A DNA stretch of 64,000 nt from an uncultured Acidobacteriota bacterium (GTDB lineage: Bacteria; Acidobacteriota; Thermoanaerobaculia; Multivoradales; UBA5704). A model generated the notes under the pieces. That model was not told the DNA's origin and ran no database searches. It saw only the letters and a list, made by a program, of their open reading frames with translations. The stretch spans positions 4,512,001-4,576,000 of the forward strand of contig CAVYRF010000002.1 in NCBI GenBank assembly GCA_963770895.1, written 5' to 3'. The translations under genes were made by a program, and so were the position numbers. Positions 52,076 through 61,596 of the stretch are shown piece by piece (position 1 is the first letter of the stretch; every line of letters begins with the position of its first letter).

Positions 52076-53926
52076 ATGGATCGAGACAGCACGGCCGCGG
52101 ACGCCCCGGACGCCCCATCCCGGGGCGCACCGGCATCACCGCCGGCCGCGGCAACCGCGGCCGGGCTCGCGGGCGCTGCGTCGCAAGACGCGGCGGCCCT
52201 TGCGGATGCCGCGGCGGCCCCGCCGCCTGCCCCGGCGGTCCCGCCCGCAGGCGCGGCCGGCGCGGGCGTGGCCGCCGAGGCGGGCGCCGGCGCCGGCGTT
52301 GGGATCGCGCCGCGGCGCGGCGGCGACGTCGCCCTGGCGGGATGGCTGCTGCTCGCGGGCCTGGTGGTGCTGGGCGTGGTGCTGCTCGGCGTGGCGGCGG
52401 CGCAGGGCGCGCCGGCGTGGCCGGCGTGGACGCTGGCGGGGGTGGGTGCGGCGGCGCTCGCCGCCCACGGCGGCCTGGTGCTGCGCTTCTTCCGCCGCCT
52501 CGAACAGCGCCTGCCGGCCCAGCAGGAGCGGCGCGAGCGCCTGGACGTCAGCCTGAGCGCCGCCTTTCAGCTGCTGGGCGCCGGCGACCTGGTGCGGGCG
52601 GCGGCGTCCAGCCAGGCGCTGCCGGGGCATCTGGCCGGCGTCTTCGCGGCGTCGGCCGAAGCGCTGTCGCGCCTGGCGCAGCAGATCCAGGACAGCTCGG
52701 TCGAAGTGGCGTCGACCGCCGACTCGGTCAACCAGGTCGCCTCCGACCTGGCGGCCGGCTCGGCGGAGCAGGCGGCGTCGGTGGTGGAGATCACCGCCGC
52801 CATGGAGGAGCTGGCGCGCACCGCCTCGCAGATCGCCGACAGCGCCTCGCGGCAAGCGGAAATGGCCGCCGCGGCGGAGGTGAGCGGCGACGCCGGCGCG
52901 GCGGCGGTGGGAGAAGCGGTGGCGGGCGTCGAGCAGGTGCAGCAGCGCATCAGCGCCATCGCCAGCCGCGCCGACGCGCTGGGCACGCGGTCCAAGGAGA
53001 TCTACCGGGTGCTCGACCTGATCACCGAGATCGCGCAGGAGACCCACATCCTGTCGCTCAACGCCGCCATCGAGGCGGTGGCGGCGGGGGTCGACGGGCG
53101 GCGTTTTTCGGTGGTGGCCGAAGAGGTGCGCCACCTCGCCCAGCGCTCGCAGGACTCGGTGAATTCGGTGCGCTCGCTGCTCGACGAGTTCGCGGGGTCG
53201 ATCCGCACCACGATCGTCGCCACCGAGGAGGGGAGCAAGGAGGCGAGCCGGGTGCTGGAACGCTCGCGCGCCGCGGCGGCGGCGATCGTCGAGCTGCGCC
53301 ACGCCTCCGCCGACACCTCGCGCGTGGCGCGCCAGATCTCGCTCGCCACCCAGCAGCAGAACGCCGCCTCCGACGAGGTGGTGATGACGCTGCGCGAGGT
53401 CAGCCTGGTGGTGCAGCGCATGACCGGCGGCCTCAAGGACCTGTCGGCCACTTCCGATCGTCTCAACGCGCTGGCGCTCAAGATCCAGCTGCTGGCGCAG
53501 TCGTTCCACCTGGATTCGCCGCGCTCGCTCAAGCACATGGTGGAGGCGTGGGCGGAGCGCACGCAGGCGGTGCCGGTCGCCGGCCGCCAGGAGGTGCTGG
53601 ACGAGCTGGTGCGCCGGACCCACTTCGTGGACCTGGCCTACTGGGTGGACGACCAGGGAATCATGAGCGCGCTGGCGGTCAATCCGGAAACCCTGGGCGC
53701 CCGGCCGGTGCTCGACCTGGCGCAGCTGCAGGACGTCGACCTGCGGCGGCGGCCGTGGTTCCGCAACGCCGAGCGCGAGCGCCGCACCGGCGTCACGGCA
53801 CCCTACCCTTCGATCCTCACCGGCGAGCAGTGCTTCACCGTCTGCGCCTGCATGACCCTGCCCGGCGGCGGCTTTGGCGGCGTGCTGGCCGTCGACATCA
53901 ACGTCACCGGCTGGACGCGGATCTGA
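52076..53926 (+). CDS. methyl-accepting chemotaxis protein 1 (2 TM + signalling domain + C-terminal Cache-like domain)
   Basis: ETHILSLNAAIEA..VVAEEVRHLA tip; C-terminal RPWF..APY..TG..GVLAVDI. Confidence 0.9.
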   Translation: MDRDSTAADAPDAPSRGAPASPPAAATAAGLAGAASQDAAALADAAAAPPPAPAVPPAGAAGAGVAAEAGAGAGVGIAPRRGGDVALAGWLLLAGLVVLGVVLLGVAAAQGAPAWPAWTLAGVGAAALAAHGGLVLRFFRRLEQRLPAQQERRERLDVSLSAAFQLLGAGDLVRAAASSQALPGHLAGVFAASAEALSRLAQQIQDSSVEVASTADSVNQVASDLAAGSAEQAASVVEITAAMEELARTASQIADSASRQAEMAAAAEVSGDAGAAAVGEAVAGVEQVQQRISAIASRADALGTRSKEIYRVLDLITEIAQETHILSLNAAIEAVAAGVDGRRFSVVAEEVRHLAQRSQDSVNSVRSLLDEFAGSIRTTIVATEEGSKEASRVLERSRAAAAAIVELRHASADTSRVARQISLATQQQNAASDEVVMTLREVSLVVQRMTGGLKDLSATSDRLNALALKIQLLAQSFHLDSPRSLKHMVEAWAERTQAVPVAGRQEVLDELVRRTHFVDLAYWVDDQGIMSALAVNPETLGARPVLDLAQLQDVDLRRRPWFRNAERERRTGVTAPYPSILTGEQCFTVCACMTLPGGGFGGVLAVDINVTGWTRI

Positions 53927-53951
53927 CGGAGCCAGCGGAGCGCTGCGGACG

Positions 53952-54464
53952 ATGATGGCCAGCAAGCCCTTACGCCCCGCCGATCCCGACCGGCCTGCCG
54001 CCGCCGGCGCCGGCGGTGTGCCAGGGGCGGCCGCGGGCGAATCGCGACAGGGTGAGGCGACCCACCTGCTGGTGCGGGCCGGCGAATACGTCTGCGCGCT
54101 GCCGCTGGCGGCGGTGCGCCGGGTGATGCGGGCGCTGCCGCTGCACCCGCTGCCGGGGTCGGCGCCCGAGCTCAAGGGATTGGCGGAGTTCAGCGGCGAC
54201 CCGCTGCCGGTCCTGGACCTGGCGCGGTTGGCGCGGGCGCCGCAGGGCGCCAACCCGGCCTGGCCGGTGACGGTGATCGCCTGGGCGGGGGCCGGCGCGA
54301 CGCGCGAGCTGGTCGGTCTCGCCGCCGACGCGGCGCTGGCGGTGACCCGCCTGGAGCCGGCCGACGTGGTGGGCGGCGACGGGCGCCTGGTGGCCGGCGA
54401 GGCGCTGGTGGCGGGCGAGCTGGTGCGGGTGATCGACCTGCAGGGGTTGGGGGAGGGATCGTGA
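53952..54464 (+). CDS. cheW: CheW adaptor
   Basis: ALPLAAVRRV..LPGSAPELKGL..GDPLPVLDL..VGLAAD..VIDL. Confidence 0.85.
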   Translation: MMASKPLRPADPDRPAAAGAGGVPGAAAGESRQGEATHLLVRAGEYVCALPLAAVRRVMRALPLHPLPGSAPELKGLAEFSGDPLPVLDLARLARAPQGANPAWPVTVIAWAGAGATRELVGLAADAALAVTRLEPADVVGGDGRLVAGEALVAGELVRVIDLQGLGEGS

Positions 54465-54823
54465 GCGGTGACGGCATCGGCATCGGCGTCCTGGTGTTGC
54501 GGCGCGACGGCGCCACCTGGGGGGTGGCGCACGGCGACGTGCGGGGGCTCGGGCGCGGCGCGGGCGGGGGGTTTGAGGTGACGGTGGCGGCGGGCGCGCT
54601 GGCGGCCGACGAGATCCTGGGGGTCGCGGCGCTGGCGTCGCCGCCGCTGCCGGCCGGTCCGGTGCTGCGCCGCTTCTGGCCCGAGGCGGCGCGCGGCCTG
54701 GCGGTGCACGGCACCCTGCCGCTGGTGCTCATCGACCCGGCGGCGCCGCCCGCCGCGCTGCGCGCCGGCGCCGGCCCCGGCGACGCCACCCGGCGGGAGG
54801 GAGATCGACGTGATGGCGACTGA
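54461..54823 (+). CDS. truncated/degenerate CheW-like protein
   Basis: WGV...V..ALAADEILGV..GLAV..LVLIDP; overlaps both neighbours. Confidence 0.6.
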   Translation: MSGDGIGIGVLVLRRDGATWGVAHGDVRGLGRGAGGGFEVTVAAGALAADEILGVAALASPPLPAGPVLRRFWPEAARGLAVHGTLPLVLIDPAAPPAALRAGAGPGDATRREGDRRDGD

Positions 54824-56444
54824 GCGGAGAGCGGACCCCACCGGCCGCGCCGTGGCCGGGCTCGGCCTGGCCTTTGGCGTCGCGGCGCTGGGCTACCTGC
54901 TGCTGGTGGTGGCGCGGGCGGCCGGGGCGCCCGGCTGGCTGCAGGACGTCTACCTGCTGGTGGCGGTGGCCGGGTTGTGGGTGTATTACGCCTTCGTCTA
55001 CCAGCCGCAGCTGGGACTGTGGGACCGCGTCGAGGCGGCGGAGCGGCGCAACCAGAGCGTCGAAACCAACCTGGCCGAGGCGCTCGACCTGCTGCGCAGC
55101 GGCGACCTGGTGGGGTCGCAGGCGCACTCCGAGGCGATGCACGACCAGCTGCGTCCGGCCTTCGCCAGCGCCACCGCCGCCCTGGACATGCTGGCGCAGC
55201 AGATCCAGGAGAGCTCGACGGAAGTCGCCGCCGCCGCCAATTCCGTCAACCAGATCGCCTCCGAGCTGGCTTCGGGCTCGTCGCAGCAGGCGGCGTCGGT
55301 GGTCGAGATCACCGCCGCCATGGAGCAGCTGGCGCGCACCGCTTCGCAGATCGCCGACAACGCCTCCAGCCAGGCCGAGCTGACCGGGCGGGCCGAGGAC
55401 AGCGGCGACAAGGGGGCGGAGGCGGTCGAAGAGGCGGTGGCCGGCATCGCCGAGGTGCAGAAGCGCATCGCCGGCATCGCCAGCCGCGCCGACATGCTGG
55501 GGGCGCGCTCGCAGGAGATCTACAGGGTCCTCGACCTGATCACCCACATCGCCGGCGAAACCCACATCCTGTCGCTCAACGCGGCGATCGAGGCGGCGGC
55601 GGCGGGCGACCACCACCGGCGCTTCACGGTGGTGGCCGAGGAGGTGCGGCGCCTGGCGCAGCGCTCGCAGGAGTCGGTCGAGTCGGTGCGCACGCTGCTC
55701 GACGAGTTCGCCGGCTCGATCCGCACCACCGTGGTGGCGACCGACGAGGGGAGCGTCGAGGCGGCGAGGGTGCTCGACCGGGCGCGCACCGCGGCGGCGG
55801 CGATCGAGCGCCTGCGCGGCGGCTCGGGCGACACGGCGCGGGTGGCGCGCGAGATCTCGCTCGCCACGCAGCAGCAAAACGCCGCCTCCGACGAGGTGGT
55901 GCTGACGCTCAAGGAGGTCAGCCAGGTGGTGCAGCGCATGGCCGAAGGCCTCAAGCGCTTCACCGACACCGCCGAGCGCCTCAACCGGCTGGGCCTGGCG
56001 ATCCAGATGGTGGCGCAGTCGTTCCACCTGGATTCGCCGCACTCGCTCAAGCACCTGTCGGAGACCTGGGCGCGCCGGGTGCAGCGCCGGCTGGGCAACT
56101 GGGACGCCATCGAGCGGCTGCTGGGCGAGCTGGTCAACCAGCAGCCCTATATCGAGTGCCTGTACTTTTTCGACGGCCGCAACAACCAGGTGGCGCTCAC
56201 CGTCAACCGCCAGCTGATCGGCGAGCGCGAGGTGCTCGGCGGGGTGAAGACGGGAGAGGGCTTCGCCAGCCGCCCCTGGTACCTGGCGGCGGTGCGCGAG
56301 CGGCGCACCGTGCTGACGCCGCTGTTCGACTCGCTGATCTCGGGCCAGTCGATCTTCACCGCCGCGACGCCGATCTACCACCGCGGCGAGCTGGCGGGCG
56401 TCCTCGGGCTGGACGTGAACGTCGACAGCTGGACCAAGATCTGA
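54810..56444 (+). CDS. methyl-accepting chemotaxis protein 2 (paralog of MCP1, C-terminal Cache-like domain)
   Basis: ETHILSLNAAIEA..VVAEEVRRLA; C-terminal RPWY..TPLFDS..TAATPI..GVLGLDV. Confidence 0.92.
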   Translation: MMATERRADPTGRAVAGLGLAFGVAALGYLLLVVARAAGAPGWLQDVYLLVAVAGLWVYYAFVYQPQLGLWDRVEAAERRNQSVETNLAEALDLLRSGDLVGSQAHSEAMHDQLRPAFASATAALDMLAQQIQESSTEVAAAANSVNQIASELASGSSQQAASVVEITAAMEQLARTASQIADNASSQAELTGRAEDSGDKGAEAVEEAVAGIAEVQKRIAGIASRADMLGARSQEIYRVLDLITHIAGETHILSLNAAIEAAAAGDHHRRFTVVAEEVRRLAQRSQESVESVRTLLDEFAGSIRTTVVATDEGSVEAARVLDRARTAAAAIERLRGGSGDTARVAREISLATQQQNAASDEVVLTLKEVSQVVQRMAEGLKRFTDTAERLNRLGLAIQMVAQSFHLDSPHSLKHLSETWARRVQRRLGNWDAIERLLGELVNQQPYIECLYFFDGRNNQVALTVNRQLIGEREVLGGVKTGEGFASRPWYLAAVRERRTVLTPLFDSLISGQSIFTAATPIYHRGELAGVLGLDVNVDSWTKI

Positions 56445-56496
56445 GGCAGTCAGGCGGCCCCACCGCCCGCTGCCAGGCCACCCGCGAGCCCAGCTC

Positions 56497-58746
56497 ATGG
56501 AAGAGGAATTTGCCGATCTAGTCCCGCTCTTCATCGAAGAGTCGCGCGAACGCCTCGACCGGCTGGCGCTGCTGCTGCCGCGCCTGGCGGACGACGAGCA
56601 GGCGGCGGTCGAGGCGCGCCGCGAGCTGCACACGCTCAAGGGCGCCGGCCGCATGATGCGCCTGGGCGCCTTCGCCGAGCTGTGCCACGCCGCCGAAGAG
56701 CTGCTGCACGGCGCGCGCGCCGGCACCTTGGCCGTGCCGGGGATCGTGCCGCTCCTGGTGCGCGCCCTGGACCGGCTGAGCGCGATGCTGGACGCCGTGG
56801 GGCAGGGGGACGGCGATCCGGCGCAGGACGCCGAGCTGATGGCCCAGCTGGCCGCGGCGCTGCCCGCCGCCGGCGCCGCCACCGCTGCCGGACCTGCCGG
56901 CGCTGCCGCGCCGCCCGCGGCGACCGTGGCGCCACGATCGCCAACATCGCCAACATCGCCAACATCGCCAACGTCGCCCGCAACGCCGGCACCGCTGGTA
57001 CCGCCAGCCGCGGCGGCCCCTTCGCCGGCGGCGGCCCCGGCCCTGGCGCCACGGCCGGCTGCGGTCGGGGGAGGGCGGCGCCTGGCCTCGGGCGAGGTGC
57101 GCATCGAGGCCGCGGCGCTCGACGAGGTGGCGGAGCGCGCCACCGAGGTGCGCATCCTGGCGCTGGCGTCGCGGCCGGTGGTGGAGCGGCTGTACGAGCT
57201 GGCGCGCTTGGCCGAAGAGGGGGTGCGCGAGCCGCAGCCGGCGCAGGTGCTGGCGGTGCTTGCGGCGGTGCTGCGCCGCACCGGCGTCGACCTGGAAGGC
57301 GGGCAGCACCGCCTGCTGCGCGCCGCCGAGGAGCAGCTGGACCGCGTGCTGCGCCTGCAGCTGCAGCCGCTGCGCGGGTCGCTGCTCGGTCTGGCGCGCT
57401 ACGCCCGCGAGCTGGGCCGCTCGCTCAAGCGCGAGGTCGAAGTGGTGGTGGAGGGAGAGGACACGCGCCTGGACCGGCGGATCGCGCGCGGCCTGGAGGA
57501 GGCGCTGCTGCACCTGGTGCGCAACGCCGTCGATCACGGCATCGAGGCGCCCGACGTGCGCGAGCGGCGGGGCAAGCCGCGCGCCGGGCGCATCCTGCTG
57601 CGCGCCATCGGCGAAAGCACGCGGGTGCGGCTGGAGATCGCCGACGACGGCGGCGGCATCGACCTGGCGCGGGTGCGCGAGCAGGCGGTGCGGGCGGGCC
57701 TGCTGGACAGCGCGGCGGCGGCGGCGGCCGCGGCGCCGCAGGAAGTGCTGCGGCTGCTCTTCGCCGCCGGCTTTTCGACGCGCGACAAGGTGTCCGAGAT
57801 CTCCGGCCGCGGCGTCGGGCTCGACGTCGTGGCCACGGCGGTCAACCGCGTCGGCGGCGAGGTTGCGCTCACCTCCGAGCCGGGCCGCGGCACCACGGTG
57901 GTGCTCGACGTGCCGGTGGCGCGCCGCGGCGAGCGGGTGCTGCTGGTGCAGGTCGGGGCGCTGCGCCTGGCGCTGCCCTCGGCCGGGGTGCGGCACGCCA
58001 GCCGCGTCGAGGCGGCGGCGGTGGTCGAGCGCGACGGCAGGACCCTGGCGCGCCTGGGCGACCGGCTGGTCCCCTGCGTGCCGCTCGGGCGCCTGCACGG
58101 GCAGGCGCCGGCGATCGCCCCGACCGCCGCGCAGCTGCTGCTCGAGGGCGTCGCTTCGGGGCTGCCCTTTGCCGTCCTGGTGGACGCCGTTTTGCAAGAA
58201 CAGGAAGTGCTGGTGCGCCCGATCACCCGCAAGGTGGCGACGGATCGCCTGCTCGACGGGCTGGCGCTGCTCGCCTCCGGCGAACCGGTCGGCGTGCTGT
58301 CGCCGGCCGTCCTGGCGCAGCGTGAATACCTGCGCGCCCTGCCGGCGGTCGAGGTGCGGGCGGCGCCGCGGCAGCGCCTGCGCGTCCTGCTGGTGGACGA
58401 TTCCTTGGTGACGCGCGAGATGGAGCGACGGCTGCTCGAAGACGCGGGCTTCGAGGTGGCGGCGGCGGGCGACGCCCTGGACGCGTTGTCGCGGCTGGGG
58501 GAGGAGAGCTTCGATTGCGTGGTGACCGACATCGAAATGCCCGGCATGGACGGTTTCGAGCTGACCGCGCAGCTGCGCGGCATGGAGCATTTCGCCCAGC
58601 TGCCGATCGTCGTGGTGTCGACCCGCGACCGGCCCGAAGATCGCCTGCGCGGCCTCAAGGCGGGCGCCGACGCCTATCTCACCAAGCAGAGCCTGGACGC
58701 CGGCGAGCTGGTCCACCTGGTGCGGCGCCTCAGCGGGCGCGGCTGA
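56497..58746 (+). CDS. cheA: hybrid CheA-REC histidine kinase (WspE/FrzE-like)
   Basis: Hpt RELHTLKG, HLVRNAVDHGIE, DDGGGID, GFST..SGRGVGLDVV, CheW-like domain, C-terminal REC (LVDDS, TDIEMPGMDG). Confidence 0.95.
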   Translation: MEEEFADLVPLFIEESRERLDRLALLLPRLADDEQAAVEARRELHTLKGAGRMMRLGAFAELCHAAEELLHGARAGTLAVPGIVPLLVRALDRLSAMLDAVGQGDGDPAQDAELMAQLAAALPAAGAATAAGPAGAAAPPAATVAPRSPTSPTSPTSPTSPATPAPLVPPAAAAPSPAAAPALAPRPAAVGGGRRLASGEVRIEAAALDEVAERATEVRILALASRPVVERLYELARLAEEGVREPQPAQVLAVLAAVLRRTGVDLEGGQHRLLRAAEEQLDRVLRLQLQPLRGSLLGLARYARELGRSLKREVEVVVEGEDTRLDRRIARGLEEALLHLVRNAVDHGIEAPDVRERRGKPRAGRILLRAIGESTRVRLEIADDGGGIDLARVREQAVRAGLLDSAAAAAAAAPQEVLRLLFAAGFSTRDKVSEISGRGVGLDVVATAVNRVGGEVALTSEPGRGTTVVLDVPVARRGERVLLVQVGALRLALPSAGVRHASRVEAAAVVERDGRTLARLGDRLVPCVPLGRLHGQAPAIAPTAAQLLLEGVASGLPFAVLVDAVLQEQEVLVRPITRKVATDRLLDGLALLASGEPVGVLSPAVLAQREYLRALPAVEVRAAPRQRLRVLLVDDSLVTREMERRLLEDAGFEVAAAGDALDALSRLGEESFDCVVTDIEMPGMDGFELTAQLRGMEHFAQLPIVVVSTRDRPEDRLRGLKAGADAYLTKQSLDAGELVHLVRRLSGRG
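56938..56973. repeat. 9-bp tandem repeat x4 (SPT repeats) in CheA linker
   Basis: TCGCCAACA x3 + TCGCCAACG. Confidence 0.85.
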
Positions 58747-58784
58747 CGCGCGTCGCGGCGCGGTGAAGCGGTGAAGGAGTCCTG

Positions 58785-59891
58785 GTGATCCGCGTCCTGC
58801 TGGTAGACGATTCGCCGTCGGTGCGCGCGGTGGTGCGGCGCTTCCTGGCGCGCACCCGCGACATCCAGGTCGTCGCCGAAGCGGTCGACGGCGCCCAGGC
58901 GGTGCAGGCCGTGCTCGACCACCTGCCGCACGTGGTGCTGATGGATCTGCAGATGCCGGTCATGGACGGCTACGCGGCGATCGAACGCATCATGGAGCTG
59001 CACCCGGTCCCCATCGTCGTGCTCTCCACCCGCGCCAACCGCAACCAGATGCGCACCGCCTTCGAAGCCATCCGGCGCGGCGCCATCGAAGTGCTGCCGA
59101 AGCCCGAGGACACCGGCAGCTGGGAAGGCCTGGCCGCCAGCCTGCCCGAGACGGTGCGCGCCGCCGCCGTGGCGCGCCCGCGCGTCATCGCGCGGCCCGG
59201 CGGCATGCCGGCGGCGGCGCCCCTGGCTGCCGCCGCGCGGCGGCCGCGCGCGCCGGCCGTCGCCGAGCGGGACTTGGGCGGCGGTGCCCCCGCCGTCGTG
59301 GTCCGCGCCGCGCCGCTGCGCTGGGTGCTGATCGGCGCTTCGACCGGCGGCCCGGCGGCGCTGCGCGAGCTGTTCGACGAGGTGGAGGCCGAGCCGCCGG
59401 TCAGCTTTCTGGTCGTGCAGCACATCGCCGCCGGCTTCGAGGCGGCGATGGCCGAATGGCTCAACAAGGAGCTGCCCCTGGACGTGCGCCTGGCGCGCGA
59501 CGCCGAGTCGCCCCGGCGGGGCGCCGTGCGCCTCGCCCCGGCCGGCGCGCACCTGCGCCTGGCCGCCGGCGGCGTCGTGCACCTCGACAGCAGGACGCCG
59601 GCGCGGCGCGGGCATCGCCCCTCGGTCGACGAGCTGTTCCTGTCGGCCGCCGCCAACTTCCCGCACGCGGCGGCCGGGGTGCTGCTCACCGGCATGGGCA
59701 CCGATGGGGTGGAAGGGCTGGAAGCGCTGCGCCGTGCCGGCTCCCTGACCCTGGTGCAGGACGAAGCCAGCTCGGTCGTCTACGGCATGCCGCGCGTCGC
59801 CCTGGAACGCGGCGCCGCCGACCTGGCCCAGCCGCCGCGCCAGCTGGCGCGCACCCTGGCGCTGCACTGGCGACAGCGGGAGCGCACCTGA
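58785..59891 (+). CDS. cheB: chemotaxis methylesterase (REC + CheB)
   Basis: VLLVDDS, MDLQMP, IGASTGGP, VVQHI, RPSVD, LTGMGTDG, VYGMP. Confidence 0.96.
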   Translation: MIRVLLVDDSPSVRAVVRRFLARTRDIQVVAEAVDGAQAVQAVLDHLPHVVLMDLQMPVMDGYAAIERIMELHPVPIVVLSTRANRNQMRTAFEAIRRGAIEVLPKPEDTGSWEGLAASLPETVRAAAVARPRVIARPGGMPAAAPLAAAARRPRAPAVAERDLGGGAPAVVVRAAPLRWVLIGASTGGPAALRELFDEVEAEPPVSFLVVQHIAAGFEAAMAEWLNKELPLDVRLARDAESPRRGAVRLAPAGAHLRLAAGGVVHLDSRTPARRGHRPSVDELFLSAAANFPHAAAGVLLTGMGTDGVEGLEALRRAGSLTLVQDEASSVVYGMPRVALERGAADLAQPPRQLARTLALHWRQRERT

Positions 59892-59902
59892 ACGAAGCGC
59901 GC

Positions 59903-61369
59903 ATGGCCAATATCGATCCCTTGGTCAACCAGCTGGCAGCGCTCATCCACAAGCGCACCGGCAACCTGGTGCCGGCGCCGCGCTTCGACTTCCTGGCCGA
60001 GCTGGCGGTGCGCCGCGCCCACGCCGTCGGCGCCAGGACCGCCGCCGACTACGTGCGCGCCCTGGCCGCCGGCGACCTGGCCGGCGAATGGGGCCACCTG
60101 GTGTCGCTGATCACCATCAAGGAGTCGTACTTCTACCGCGCCCCGCAGCAGTTCGAGGTGCTCACGCGCCAGCTCCTGCCGCGCCTGATCCGCGCCCGCG
60201 CCGCCACCCGCCGCCTGGTCGCCTGGTCCGCCGCCTGCGCCCGCGGCGAAGAAGCCGCCACCCTTGCCATGGTCCTGGCCGAGCACCCCGCCCTCGCCGG
60301 CTGGGACTGGAGCATCCTGGCCACCGACATCGACGAAGAGGCCCTGGCCGGCGCCCGCCGCGGCCTCTACGGTGAGCGCGCCGTCGCCCTGGTGCCGCCG
60401 CCCCTTGCCGCCCGCTACCTGATCCGGCGCGGCAAGCTCTTCGAGCTGGCGCCCCAGCTGCTGGCGCGCATCGACTACCGCCCGCTCAATCTCGCGCGGC
60501 CGCCCTTCGACCTGCCCGCCGAAGAGTACGACCTGATCCTGCTGCGCAACGTCCTGATCTACTTCGACCGCGCCCTGCAGAGCCGCGTCATGGCCCACGT
60601 CGCCCCCCGCCTGGCACCCAAGGGCCTGCTCTTCCTGGGAGCCTCCGAGACCCTGTGGCAGATCCAGGACGAGCTGGAAGCCCTGGACCTGGGCACCTGC
60701 TACGCCTACCGCCACCGCCGCGCGCGCCCCGCCCCCGGCGAGCCCGCCCCGCCGGCCCTCGCCGCCCCCCCGGCCGCGGCCGCGCCCGCGCGGCGGCCCC
60801 CGGTAGCGGGTGCTGCCGGCGCAGCGGGCGCGCCAGGCGACCTGCGTCCACCCGCCAGCGTCACGGTGGCCCGCAGGGCCGCGCCGCCGGCGGGCCGCGC
60901 GCCAAGCGGCCCCGCCGCCCCCGCGATCGGCGGAGCGCCCCCCGGCGCCGGAATGCCCGCGGCTCCCACCACCCCCGAGCTGCTGATCGCCGCCGCCCGC
61001 GAGCTGGTCGCCAACCGCCTGGATCCAGCGCGGCGCGCCGCCGACCTGGCCCTGAGCGCCGATCCCTCCGAACCTGCCTGCCACGTCCTGGACGGTTTCC
61101 TGCACGACCTGGCCGGCCAGACCGAAGAAGCCGTCACCGCCTACCGCGCCGCCCTCTACCTGGATCCGTCGCTCTTCCAGCCCCGCCTGCTGCTCGCCGA
61201 CTGCCTTCTCCGCCTGGGCCGCCGCGATCGTGCCGAGCACCAATACCGCGAGATCCTGGCCGCCCTGGACGCCGGCCGCGAACGCCAGCTCGCCCTGTTC
61301 GACAACCTCCCCCTGCCTGACCGCGACCGCGCCCTCCACCGCTGCCGCCAGGTCCTGAAAGCAACCTGA
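59903..61369 (+). CDS. cheR: chemotaxis methyltransferase with C-terminal TPR (WspC/FrzF-like)
   Basis: TIKESYFYR, WSAACARGEE, ATDID, RNVLIYF, LGASE; TPR with YRAALYLDP. Confidence 0.94.
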   Translation: MANIDPLVNQLAALIHKRTGNLVPAPRFDFLAELAVRRAHAVGARTAADYVRALAAGDLAGEWGHLVSLITIKESYFYRAPQQFEVLTRQLLPRLIRARAATRRLVAWSAACARGEEAATLAMVLAEHPALAGWDWSILATDIDEEALAGARRGLYGERAVALVPPPLAARYLIRRGKLFELAPQLLARIDYRPLNLARPPFDLPAEEYDLILLRNVLIYFDRALQSRVMAHVAPRLAPKGLLFLGASETLWQIQDELEALDLGTCYAYRHRRARPAPGEPAPPALAAPPAAAAPARRPPVAGAAGAAGAPGDLRPPASVTVARRAAPPAGRAPSGPAAPAIGGAPPGAGMPAAPTTPELLIAAARELVANRLDPARRAADLALSADPSEPACHVLDGFLHDLAGQTEEAVTAYRAALYLDPSLFQPRLLLADCLLRLGRRDRAEHQYREILAALDAGRERQLALFDNLPLPDRDRALHRCRQVLKAT

Positions 61370-61373
61370 CAGT

Positions 61374-61592
61374 ATGAGCGGCTTGACGGTTTTCGGGTTT
61401 TGCGCGGTGACCTTGATGTTGGTTTGCTACGCGTTCGAAGCGCGCGGGCGCGGGTGGATTCTGGGTTTTGCGGTGGCGTGCGCGCTCGGTTCTGCCTATG
61501 GATTTTTGCAAGGGGCGTGGCCCTTCGGCTTTGTGGAGGCCGTCTGGTCGGTGGTGGCGCTGCGGCGCTGGCAGAAGGCGGCGGGCGCGTAG
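61374..61592 (+). CDS. small hypothetical membrane protein
   Basis: 72 aa, 2-3 hydrophobic helices, YGFLQGAWPFGFVEAVW. Confidence 0.7.
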   Translation: MSGLTVFGFCAVTLMLVCYAFEARGRGWILGFAVACALGSAYGFLQGAWPFGFVEAVWSVVALRRWQKAAGA

Positions 61593-61596
61593 GTGA

